Assembly (NCBI GenBank): GCA_016191115.1
Contig: JACPPG010000035.1
Location: forward strand, 2,681 to 66,680
Direction: 5' to 3'
DNA from: Planctomycetia bacterium
Lineage (GTDB): Bacteria; Planctomycetota; Planctomycetia; Pirellulales; JACPPG01
Length of the DNA stretch: 64,000 nt
The notes under the pieces: model-generated
Told to the model about the DNA's origin: nothing
Database searches by the model: none
Seen by the model: only the letters and a program-made list of their open reading frames with translations
Part shown: positions 20,137-29,053 of the stretch, piece by piece
How the letters are laid out: every line of letters begins with the position of its first letter
Numbering within the stretch: position 1 is the first letter of the stretch
Program-made: the position numbers and the translations under genes

Positions 20137-21462
20137 TCACATCGCACGGCGGCGGCGCAGTAGACCCAAAGCCATGGCGCTCGCGATCCCCATGACCAAA
20201 ATGCCGACGCTTGCCGGCTCGGGCACGGCCACGCCCGATCCGGCGCCGGGCCCGCTTTGCAGGTAGTGGGCGGCGATCGCCTGGATGTCCGAAACGTCGA
20301 CGATGCCGTCGGCGTTGGCGTCGCCCAGCGGCGTGTTGGTTGCGAGGTAATGGGCCGCGACCTGCTGGATGTCCGACACGTCGACGATGTGGTCGAAGTT
20401 CGTGTCCCCTTCGATCCAGTTCCGCGGCGCGCCGGGGCTGATCAGGCCTGGGTTGAGGAAGATTTTGTAGTCCTGCAGGTTCACGACGCCGTCGGAGTTG
20501 TAGTCGCCGTGCGTCCAGATGGCGGCCCCCAGCCAGTCCGCGGGAACGGTGTACGCGTCGACGAACGAGCCGTTGATCTGGTAGGTGCCGGCCGGCTTCA
20601 GGTAGTTGGCGACCAGGGCGTTGATGTCCGAGGCGGTCACGGTGCCGTTGCCGTCGGTGTCGCCGAAGGCGATGCGGCGCAGCGTGTCGAGCCCGGCCGT
20701 GTGGCCGTCTCCTCCCGCGCCCCAACCGGAAGAGCCGGTCTGCAGCGGCAGGTCGGCCGTGGCGATCGACGGCGGCACAGTCGAGTTCGAGCCGTCGGTC
20801 GCACTGCCCGGCAGCGTGAAGGCCTTCGAGCCGTCGGCCGAGCCGCCGCTGAAAGCGTCGATGAAGGTCAGGTCGAGTTGGCGGACGAACGGCCCGTTCT
20901 TCGGATCGAGATTGACCCGGCTGCGGAACGTGATGCTGTCCCAATAATCCGATGTCTGGTCGTACGGTGGGGGCAGAAACTGCGGATCGCCAAACGGCTG
21001 AAAGGCGTTGTTGACCACCGTCATGCGGGTCGGCTCGTTGGTGCCCTGCGGCAACGAGGCCTGGATGCGAAACTCCTTGCCGTTGCTCTTCACGTAGCTA
21101 TAGCCGTTGATACCTTGCGGGATCGGCACCGGCGTCTGGGCGTTGTCGGAATTGGGGCTGGGGAAGAAGTAGTCGCGTTCGGCCGGCACGAACGACGGCG
21201 TCACGGCCGTGCCGGTGACGTCGACGGCCTGCCCGGCGTCGTAGATGAACACGCCCTCGACGGGCGTGCCCAGGGCGGCGTTCCAGATTTGGTCTTTGGT
21301 TCTTCCCAGCGCGTCGCCGGCCACCGGCGCGGTGCTCACCTGGCCCCACGTGGCATGAAAGTAAAACGCGTACGGCACGGCCGACGCGGAATTGATCGGC
21401 AACAGAACGGCCGCGATCACTGGCAGTGCGAGAAAACGGCTGATGCGTGACTCAATGATCAC
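20137..21462 (-). CDS. Secreted dockerin-like / PEP-CTERM protein
   Basis: Signal peptide; GDxNxDGxV repeats; AVPEPAS + TM + RRRR. Confidence 0.85.
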   Translation of the reverse strand: MIIESRISRFLALPVIAAVLLPINSASAVPYAFYFHATWGQVSTAPVAGDALGRTKDQIWNAALGTPVEGVFIYDAGQAVDVTGTAVTPSFVPAERDYFFPSPNSDNAQTPVPIPQGINGYSYVKSNGKEFRIQASLPQGTNEPTRMTVVNNAFQPFGDPQFLPPPYDQTSDYWDSITFRSRVNLDPKNGPFVRQLDLTFIDAFSGGSADGSKAFTLPGSATDGSNSTVPPSIATADLPLQTGSSGWGAGGDGHTAGLDTLRRIAFGDTDGNGTVTASDINALVANYLKPAGTYQINGSFVDAYTVPADWLGAAIWTHGDYNSDGVVNLQDYKIFLNPGLISPGAPRNWIEGDTNFDHIVDVSDIQQVAAHYLATNTPLGDANADGIVDVSDIQAIAAHYLQSGPGAGSGVAVPEPASVGILVMGIASAMALGLLRRRRAM

Positions 21463-21672
21463 AAAGAGACTCCTTTAGTTGCGCCCCTCACGACGATTCC
21501 CAACGCCCCCCAAGAATTGCTTCGGAACGTTGCCCCGGCCCGCGCCGTGTCCCCCTGCGCGCCGCGTCCGGACCGCCGAGCCAAGGCGGCGAGACCGGAG
21601 GGTCGCTCCGGCCCCGCCCCTTGCGATCGACGAGGGATACGCGCTGTCAGGCCCCCCCTTGTTGACGAACTC

Positions 21673-22584
21673 TTAACCACGCACGCGGCGGCGGTACGCC
21701 ACCAGGCCTACGAGCCCCAATCCGGCCAGCACCAGCGTGCCAGGCTCGGGCACGCACGCAGTAGCCGCGGCATAGTTCACGGCCGCATCAAACAACGAGA
21801 GCCCATTGGCGTTCAAATTGCCGAAGTTGGTGTCCTCCAGCAAAAAGCCGACGCGACGGCACGGCGAGATCACGGCGTAATCCGGATCGACGGCCGCATT
21901 GCCCAGCGTGTCGCCTTGCTCCAGGGCGATGATGCCGACGTTCGAGGCATCGGTGGGCAGGCCGAAGGTCGCGGTGGCCGTCATCATGGCGATGATGTCG
22001 GCGTCGGGCGTGATCCGGTTGCCGAAGGTCCCGAAGCTCGTGCTGCCGAACGTCGTCTCCGCGCTGCCGTTGACCGTGTAGACCGGCTGGAACCCGCCCG
22101 CCAGGCCGGCGGCCAATGGGTGGGCCGGGGCCACGATGTTGATATCGTTGCCCGCCGCCGGATACGACGATCCGGCATTAACGACCACGCCTTGTCCGCC
22201 TTGGGTGGCGATCACAAAACCGATCTCGTCACTCAGGCCGTTTTCGAAGTCCAGGACCGGGTATGCGAGGTTGCGCAATAGCGCCCCATCACCGCCGGTT
22301 GTCACAGGTCCGGTCGAATTCCACTGGTTCCTGACGGAGCCGGATCCGACGGTACTCGACACCACCAGCAACTGCTTGCCCACCATGTCGGCGGGCACCG
22401 CCACGTTGTCGTCCATCGCTGTCACGGTGTACCCCAGCGTGGTCATTCGATTGACAATGTTTTGATCCGCGGCGGAAAGCGGGAGCGTCCCCGCCAGGAA
22501 CAAGATGTTGCCGGCCCGACTCGTGCCCGCGGCCGTCAGCAGTGCGGCGGCCGTTAGCACGACGATGCGTGAAGTCACTCTCAT
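21673..22584 (-). CDS. PEP-CTERM protein
   Basis: Signal peptide; C-terminal VPEPGTLVLAGLGLVGLVAYRRR; AAGGAG SD. Confidence 0.88.
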   Translation of the reverse strand: MRVTSRIVVLTAAALLTAAGTSRAGNILFLAGTLPLSAADQNIVNRMTTLGYTVTAMDDNVAVPADMVGKQLLVVSSTVGSGSVRNQWNSTGPVTTGGDGALLRNLAYPVLDFENGLSDEIGFVIATQGGQGVVVNAGSSYPAAGNDINIVAPAHPLAAGLAGGFQPVYTVNGSAETTFGSTSFGTFGNRITPDADIIAMMTATATFGLPTDASNVGIIALEQGDTLGNAAVDPDYAVISPCRRVGFLLEDTNFGNLNANGLSLFDAAVNYAAATACVPEPGTLVLAGLGLVGLVAYRRRVRG

Positions 22585-22644
22585 GTAGCGTTCTCCTTGG
22601 GCGTCAGTAGTTACGAAGCAGAGCCGTCCCCTTTAGACCGCGAA

Positions 22645-24411
22645 CTATTTCTCGGCGTCGTCGCCGGTCTCGAGAATCCCTTCCTTGTTCATGCGAACCG
22701 AGCCGTCCGCCTGCTCGATCGACACGTTGTCCAGGTAAGCGATGTTCGTGTTCTTCAGCTTGTTGCGGTTGTGAAACGCGATGAAGTTGGCCGCCGCGCT
22801 CCGCGCCGGAACGGTGTGTACGTGGGCGCTCGCGCCGCTGCCGCTGGCTTCCCAAAGCCGCAATGACATGCCGCCCGGCACGTCGAAAATCTCGAAATTG
22901 AACACGTCGCCCGGATTGATGAGGATGTCGCCGTAGCGCGGTTCCACGTCGGCGCAGTAACCGAGTCCGAAGATGCCAATGTGCGACGTGCCTCGTTCCA
23001 TCCGCGCGGCGAAGTGGACGCCGTTTTGCGTGTCGCCGTACTCGCCCCCCGGCACCGCGTCAGAGCGCAGCACGACCTCGAACATGTCGTCCGGCGTCAA
23101 GAACGTCCATTGCCCGGTAATCCGCAGCCCGCCGAGCGCCGCCGGATCGAACTGGTTGATCGTCACCAGATGGCCACGGTCCACCATCACGATCCGCCCC
23201 TCGACCTCGCGGACCTGGGGATTGCCCTTGGGGATGCCCGCCGTGACCACCCTCCACTTGTCGGGATCGAGGACATTGTCGTCAAAATTGTCGGCCAGCA
23301 GCCGATGCCACTCGGACGATGCCGTCAGCGGGACGACGGGCATCAGGCCCCGGTATTGCTCGGGCGCGAACTCTACTTCCCGCCAGTCGCCTGGCGGCGT
23401 CTGCAGGCGGCGGGCGTGCCCCATCAGCAGCCGCTGACGCGGGCCCGCCAAGACGTCGGGCGAGCGGTCGGAAGCCAACAGCCGCGTCCGCGGTTCCGCC
23501 GGCTCAGGCGCGGCGCCAATTTCGATCTCTCCGTCCAGCACCTGAACTTCGGTGTCGCCCGACGGACCGACGTCGACGCCGAACTCGGTGCCCAAATCGA
23601 CGATCTCGGCCTTTTGCGTCTCGATCGTGAAGCCGATGGCCCGCTCGGGCACGTGGGCCACGAGCTTGCCGCTTTGCAGGTGCGTGCGGCTGGGACCGTG
23701 CAAATAGAACACAGCGGGGCCCTGCAGATAGAGCCGTGCGCCGTTGTCGAACGTGATCTGCGCCTTGCCGCTATCCAACCGCAACAGGCCGGTCGCCAGC
23801 CGCGAGCCGGTTTGCGTGGGCAAAGTGCAGGCGCCCCATTTGCAACCGGAGACCTTAACCAGCGTGGCGAAAGACGCCGTTTGCGGAAGCGCCAGTTCCG
23901 CGCTCACCAGGGACAGCTCTTTGGCGGCCGCTACGTCGGCGGGCGCGACAGCCGGCGCCAGGTTTTGTCGATCGTGCTTCGCAACGGCGGGCGCCGCCGG
24001 GTCGACGTCGGGACTATTCTTTAGATAAAGTCCTAGAGCCGCACCCACGCCAAAGACACAAACCGCGAACACAACCCAAGGCATGCTTTGCAGGAAGCCG
24101 CCCCCCGGCGGGAAGGCGAATCCGCCAGTCGACGGCGGCAACGGTCCATCCTGCGGCGGCGCGACCAACGGAGCCGGTGAGACCGGCGCTTGCACCGGCG
24201 CGGCGTCCGGCTCGCCGCCGGAGCCCGCCACGGGCGCGCCGTCGCGCCACGTCAGGCTGGCGTGTAGTTGCACGTACTCCACGTACCGGCGGCGGACCTG
24301 TTGATCCTCGATCAGCAGGGCATCCAATTGCTCGGCCTCGTCGGGCGTAAGCCGACCTTCGAGCAAGGCATCAAACAGGACAAGGGGATCAAACGGCTCT
24401 CTCTGACTCAT
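22645..24411 (-). CDS. FecR-domain anti-sigma/sensor protein
   Basis: N-terminal helical anti-sigma region (RRRYVEYVQLHASL); TM; FecR motif GFTIETQKAEIVDLGTEFGVDV; ATGA coupling with the sigma gene. Confidence 0.88.
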   Translation of the reverse strand: MSQREPFDPLVLFDALLEGRLTPDEAEQLDALLIEDQQVRRRYVEYVQLHASLTWRDGAPVAGSGGEPDAAPVQAPVSPAPLVAPPQDGPLPPSTGGFAFPPGGGFLQSMPWVVFAVCVFGVGAALGLYLKNSPDVDPAAPAVAKHDRQNLAPAVAPADVAAAKELSLVSAELALPQTASFATLVKVSGCKWGACTLPTQTGSRLATGLLRLDSGKAQITFDNGARLYLQGPAVFYLHGPSRTHLQSGKLVAHVPERAIGFTIETQKAEIVDLGTEFGVDVGPSGDTEVQVLDGEIEIGAAPEPAEPRTRLLASDRSPDVLAGPRQRLLMGHARRLQTPPGDWREVEFAPEQYRGLMPVVPLTASSEWHRLLADNFDDNVLDPDKWRVVTAGIPKGNPQVREVEGRIVMVDRGHLVTINQFDPAALGGLRITGQWTFLTPDDMFEVVLRSDAVPGGEYGDTQNGVHFAARMERGTSHIGIFGLGYCADVEPRYGDILINPGDVFNFEIFDVPGGMSLRLWEASGSGASAHVHTVPARSAAANFIAFHNRNKLKNTNIAYLDNVSIEQADGSVRMNKEGILETGDDAEK

Positions 24412-24956
24412 GACCGACTCCCGGACGCCAACGTCCGATCAATGCACTGAAGCAGGCTGCGCCGAATACGGCTGAGGATCTGGTACACCGCGTCGCGCGT
24501 CCGACCCAGCCGTTCGGCAAGCGATTCGATGCTCACCCCCGCCCGATAGCGGTCGTCCACGATCCGCCGCTGGCGATCCGTAAGCTTGTTCAGACACTCA
24601 GCCAGGGCGGCGTGGCGGAGCTCCAAAAGATCGCCGGTGGCCTGCACTTCGGCCGCCACGGCGTCGATCGCCTCGAGGCTCAACAGCCGCCGGTGGCGCG
24701 CCTGCCGCTCGCGGTGCTTCAGCACTTCCAAGCGGGCGACCGCATAGGCCCAGGCCAGGAAGCTGGTGCCAGGCGCGAAGTGCTCGAACTTCTCCCACAG
24801 CACCAGGAGCGTCTCCTGCAGCACCTCGTCGGCCTCGACCCGGTTCGGGACCAGCGCCAGGATGAACGTGTACAAGCGCCGCTCGATGGGGTGACAAATC
24901 GACGTAAACTGCTCCCGGCGGCCAGGTTGCCCTCCTGCTGTGCTGGACGCTGACAC
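24408..24956 (-). CDS. ECF sigma-70 factor (Rhodopirellula/Verrucomicrobium type)
   Basis: ADEVLQET..LWEKF..F..GTSFLAWA and ALAECLNKL..Y..LSRIRRSLLQCI; probable GTG start 24956 after AAGGA. Confidence 0.9.
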   Translation of the reverse strand: MSASSTAGGQPGRREQFTSICHPIERRLYTFILALVPNRVEADEVLQETLLVLWEKFEHFAPGTSFLAWAYAVARLEVLKHRERQARHRRLLSLEAIDAVAAEVQATGDLLELRHAALAECLNKLTDRQRRIVDDRYRAGVSIESLAERLGRTRDAVYQILSRIRRSLLQCIDRTLASGSRS

Positions 24957-25379
24957 CGGCGCATCCTTGTCGTCGGGGAGCCTCGGCAGCGGCTTGGGCG
25001 TCTGGCCGGCGTGCGCGGCCTGCCAATGCCGCGCGTCCCCGCCTGCGCCGGTACGGCCAGGAAATCTCGCCGGTAGCCGCCTATCGTTCACGTGCGAATC
25101 TCGCCAATCACCCTGAGTTAAACCTGGTCGCGGCGCATTGCGATACAGCCGCAGCCTCTAAGTTACCCAGCGGGCAAGGGTGATCTGACACAAAAAAACC
25201 GGTCAGAAATGGTCTTTCTGGTCGTGGGGCCCCCCTCTTCGTTGATTTCGGGGGGCCAAAGGCAGATCGCGTGATCTTGCACGGTTCCTTTTGAGCAACT
25301 CTGTTTGTGTCACCCTGGCCGCGCAGTGGGCGACAGCCGAACCTGAGTTGTTTCACGAACTGAGGGACCGCCGTTTCCA

Positions 25380-25536
25380 CAGGGCCGTTCACAGATTCAA
25401 GCTTGCCGGCGGCGCACCGGCGGGAAAGTGGGACAGGCACCGAGACGCAACGTTGGTCTGAAAGGACTTGCGCTGTTTATGCTCGGAGCCAGTCCCATTT
25501 TCCCGCCTCGCCATTTGGAAAAACAGAATGGCCCTG
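25380..25536 (+). mobile_element. MITE family A, copy 1 (157 bp, no matching target duplication)
   Basis: Ends cagggccgttc / gaatggccctg; near-identical to six other copies in the window. Confidence 0.9.
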
Positions 25537-25830
25537 CACGACCGACGATCTGCTCGACACGCTTAGAAGCATGTCGGGTGGGCAGATTGCCGTGTTGGCC
25601 AAGAAGTCATCCGCCGCGCAGCGGACGCGTTTGTCGACGACCCTCGAGGCCCTTATTCGAGAAACCGAGCAGGCCACGGCCGAGGCGCGGAGGCGTCTCG
25701 ATCACTTGATTCGCCAGCACAATGCCCTCGGCGCTCTCGACGACGCGCGGGCGTTGCACGAGACGCTCGACGACGGCCTGTAGCCCCGCATCTGTCGCCT
25801 GGTGCGAACCCACAAGCCAGGTTCACGTCC

Positions 25831-26607
25831 TTAGACCAAGGGCTGGCTGCGGGCGCGGCGAGCTGTGGCCGCCGCCGCGAATCCCACGGCGCCGAAAGCA
25901 AGCAGCACCAGCGTGCTCGGCTCGGGCGTTGCGACACGGACCGCGTGCGTAGCGCCGGTCGGAAATACCTCGACGAACGTTCCAATCGGCCAGAAGTCGC
26001 TGGCCGCGTCGGCGCCGTCGAGAAAGTGGTTCACGCCGTCGATCACCACGGCGCCCGGCGGCGGAATCCGGTTCCACGCCGTCCCCTGATTGGTGATTCT
26101 GAGCTGGTCGGAAAGGGCAATGGGACCGTTCAACGCACCCAGGCGGATGTCGAAGAAGACGTCGAAGAAGGAATTGAACGTGCCGCCGGCTGCGTCGGCA
26201 AAACTGATCGTCATCCTTCCGGTGCTCACCGGACCGCCACGCACGGATTGCAGCGTCATGTAGTAAAAGCCGACTCCCAGGCCGAAATCGCTCGGCACGC
26301 TGCTCACCAGTTGCAGCGCAACCAGCTCCGTCGAAATGGCGAAGGAGCCCGGCGTGGCTGCGACAACGGCATCGTCGTTTCGCCGCTCGATGGTGTCGGC
26401 GAAGCCAACCGGAAACGTGCCCAGCGCGCCGAACGTAAACGTGCCCAGCGGCACGCCTTGGAACGCGACGCCTCCAAACGCTGTGCCTGTTTCCGTCTGC
26501 AAAAGGTCCCACCCCTGCTTGACGTCGACGGCACCGCAAACCGTGCCGGCGAAAAAGACCAGTGCGAGCGATGCGACGAGCCCCCAGCGAAGCGGTGACG
26601 AAATCAT
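25831..26607 (-). CDS. PEP-CTERM protein
   Basis: AGGAG SD; signal peptide; TPEPSTLVLLAFG..RRAR. Confidence 0.85.
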   Translation of the reverse strand: MISSPLRWGLVASLALVFFAGTVCGAVDVKQGWDLLQTETGTAFGGVAFQGVPLGTFTFGALGTFPVGFADTIERRNDDAVVAATPGSFAISTELVALQLVSSVPSDFGLGVGFYYMTLQSVRGGPVSTGRMTISFADAAGGTFNSFFDVFFDIRLGALNGPIALSDQLRITNQGTAWNRIPPPGAVVIDGVNHFLDGADAASDFWPIGTFVEVFPTGATHAVRVATPEPSTLVLLAFGAVGFAAAATARRARSQPLV

Positions 26608-26997
26608 GGTTTGTTCTCCTGGATGAAACGGGGCAATGCGAGGCGGACGGACCGTGTCCGTGCCTTCAAGCGCGGTGTGGAGCACAGCGAACCGCGACGA
26701 CGCGCAAGCAAAAGCGGCCCAAGCGGACGGTGGATGCCCAGTGCGGCGCGAGATGGATATCGCCAGAGCTTGCCCGACAAGTGGCCTGCTCAGCGATCTA
26801 CCGTCATTAGCCGACCGCGAAGAGAGATGGGGCCGCGCGGGAAACCTGAACGCGACGAGCTTCGGGCAGGATCAGTAACCCGACCGGCTCTGACTCGTCC
26901 GAAGCCACGGCTGCACCAGAGAGTAGCACCGGGCAACGGCGGATGCAACCGTTTTGGTCGCATCGCGCGAGGCAGCACCGTTTAGGGGTCCCAGCAC

Positions 26998-27061
26998 ACT
27001 AGCCCGAAGCGCCAGCGAGGGAACGATTGCCCCAGATCCCTCGCTGGCGCTTCGGGCTAGT
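26998..27061. repeat. REPIN-like inverted repeat
   Basis: actagcccgaagcgccagcgaggga / tccctcgctggcgcttcgggctagt, perfect 25-bp arms. Confidence 0.85.
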
Positions 27062-27102
27062 ATCGAGTTGCTGCAACGTTATGCCGCGGCGCCGGGCGTG
27101 CC

Positions 27103-28653
27103 TCACGCGTTCACGCCCAGCAGCTTGCAGGCGTCTTCGTAGCCGGCGGCGCGGAAGCCGTGCTGATCGTCGCGGTTGTAGCCGTAGGCGCTCGCCGTCA
27201 CGCGGGCCAGCCCTACGACTTGCCGCCAGCGGAATGCCGGGCGGATCGTACGGTACTCCTCGCGGACGGTGTGGAAGTACTTCTCGCCGTGCAAACGGCC
27301 ATCCTCGCTGACCGCGTACTTCAGCATCAATTCCAGCACCGCATCGACCGGGTAGCCGTGCTCGCCGTAGATCGCGATGGCGGCGGCGGACCGGCCCTGG
27401 TCGTTCTGGCGGATGGCGTCTTCGGCCTCCGCCAAGAGCCCCGCCCCGTCCTGCGCCTTGACCAGCGCCCGGTGCTCGTCGGTCGGATAAGCGGGCGTCT
27501 TGAACGGCGCGGATTGGATGCCCGCGTGGTAGGCCGCGACGATCAGCCCCGACACCGCGTACCGTGGCTCGGCGACGCGGGCCATATTGCGCCAGGCGTT
27601 GGTCGCGTCGGACGAGTGGACGCCGGCCGAGTCGCCGTGAGTGCGCCAATTGTCCGTGCCCTGTCGCAGCACGTACGAATTGGACGCCAGCGAGATCGCC
27701 TCGCCGATGACCTCGGGATCGATCCCGTCCGCGAGCGCGGCGGCAACCGCCTCGGCGGCCCGCTCGCGCGGGCCTTCGTAGATCGTGCGGGCCAGCTCGT
27801 CGACGGCAGCGTCTCCTGGATCGCGCTTGCCGAGCGACTTTCCGGCCAGCTTGAATTGATCGAGCAGCTTCGGCAGTATCGCGCGAATTGGCGATTCCGC
27901 CTGCTTGTGCTCGATGCGCATCCGCTCGTGATCGGCGCACAGCCGCACGCACTGGCGCAATAGCGAGTACGAATACTCCTTGCCCAACAGGCCCACCAGC
28001 CCGTACGTGCGATGGGCGAACACGAAGCGATGGACGTTGAGGTCATCCTGGATGGCCGGCTGCAGGGCGTTGAAGGCATCCAGCGGCGAATCGCCGACGG
28101 TGGCCAGCAGTTTCTCGCCGCGGTCAACGTCCACCTTGCGGCAGGCGTCGCGGATCTGGACGCCGAGGTCCCCATCACTGGCGTGATCGGCGGCGTGCAG
28201 CGCCTCCAAAGTGGTCTTCGAGGCGCCCCCGACGTTCTGGATCTGCTGCGCGTTGCGGTACAGGACCTTCAGCACCGGCAGCGGTTGCCGGCCACCAGCC
28301 AGCAAACGGCTCATGTCCAACGCGGGAAGCATGGCCATGGCCGTGTGGAAGCCGACGTAGTCACACCCCCCGAACGTCACGGCGTTGGCCAAGGCGCCCG
28401 CGGCCGTGAGCTTCCGTAGATCGGTCTCCCCCTTCAGCACCATCTTGGCAAGCTGGGGTTGCAGCTTCTCGGCAGGCGTGCTCCGCATCAACTCGACCAG
28501 GGCCGCGTATTCGCCCAGCGGGATCGATCCAGACGCTTCGGCCGCAAAGGCCGTCGAGAACCCCAGGTCATTGGCCAATGAGGCGCCCAGTCCGGCCGCC
28601 AGCATGCCGCGGCCGACATCCGACAGGAACCCGCGACGGTTCGTGGGGGTCAT
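27103..28653 (-). CDS. Tat-exported conserved hypothetical protein
   Basis: TNRRGFL twin-arginine signal; GGAGG SD; helical body with His-containing motifs (YVGFHT, THGDSAGVH, SEDGRLHGEKY). Confidence 0.8.
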   Translation of the reverse strand: MTPTNRRGFLSDVGRGMLAAGLGASLANDLGFSTAFAAEASGSIPLGEYAALVELMRSTPAEKLQPQLAKMVLKGETDLRKLTAAGALANAVTFGGCDYVGFHTAMAMLPALDMSRLLAGGRQPLPVLKVLYRNAQQIQNVGGASKTTLEALHAADHASDGDLGVQIRDACRKVDVDRGEKLLATVGDSPLDAFNALQPAIQDDLNVHRFVFAHRTYGLVGLLGKEYSYSLLRQCVRLCADHERMRIEHKQAESPIRAILPKLLDQFKLAGKSLGKRDPGDAAVDELARTIYEGPRERAAEAVAAALADGIDPEVIGEAISLASNSYVLRQGTDNWRTHGDSAGVHSSDATNAWRNMARVAEPRYAVSGLIVAAYHAGIQSAPFKTPAYPTDEHRALVKAQDGAGLLAEAEDAIRQNDQGRSAAAIAIYGEHGYPVDAVLELMLKYAVSEDGRLHGEKYFHTVREEYRTIRPAFRWRQVVGLARVTASAYGYNRDDQHGFRAAGYEDACKLLGVNA

Positions 28654-28763
28654 GGCAAATCCTCCCAATTCGATAGGGGCAAAGAGGGCGGTGCAGTGCG
28701 TTCGATCAGCCGAGCCGATCAAAAACCGAACTATTTCTAGAACGGGAGGGCGTTACACTCTCG

Positions 28764-28827
28764 TCGGGAGGGCGAGGCTCCCGCCGAGCCGCGGAGCGAT
28801 GGCTCGGCGGGAGCCTCGCCCTCCCGA
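28764..28827. repeat. REPIN-like inverted repeat
   Basis: tcgggagggcgaggctcccgccgagcc / ggctcggcgggagcctcgccctcccga, perfect 27-bp arms, 10-bp spacer. Confidence 0.88.
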
Positions 28828-28910
28828 TTTTGGCGCTTGTTGGGCTGTAACGCAGACCGGTTAATATAGACAAGATAGCGCGCTGGCGGCGGCGCGGCTA
28901 CAGCCCCAAA

Positions 28911-29053
28911 CAGGGCCATTCTGTTTTTCAAAATGGCGAGGCGGGAAAATGGGACTGGCTCCGAGCATAAACAGCGCAAGTCCTTTCAGACCAACGTTGC
29001 GTCTCGGTGCCTGTCCCACTTTCCCGCCGGTGCGCCGCCGGCAAGCTTGAACG
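28911..29053 (-). mobile_element. MITE family A, copy 2 (one end damaged)
   Basis: Starts cagggccattctg; similarity to the other copies ends at gcaagcttgaacg, at the kinase N-terminus. Confidence 0.88.
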
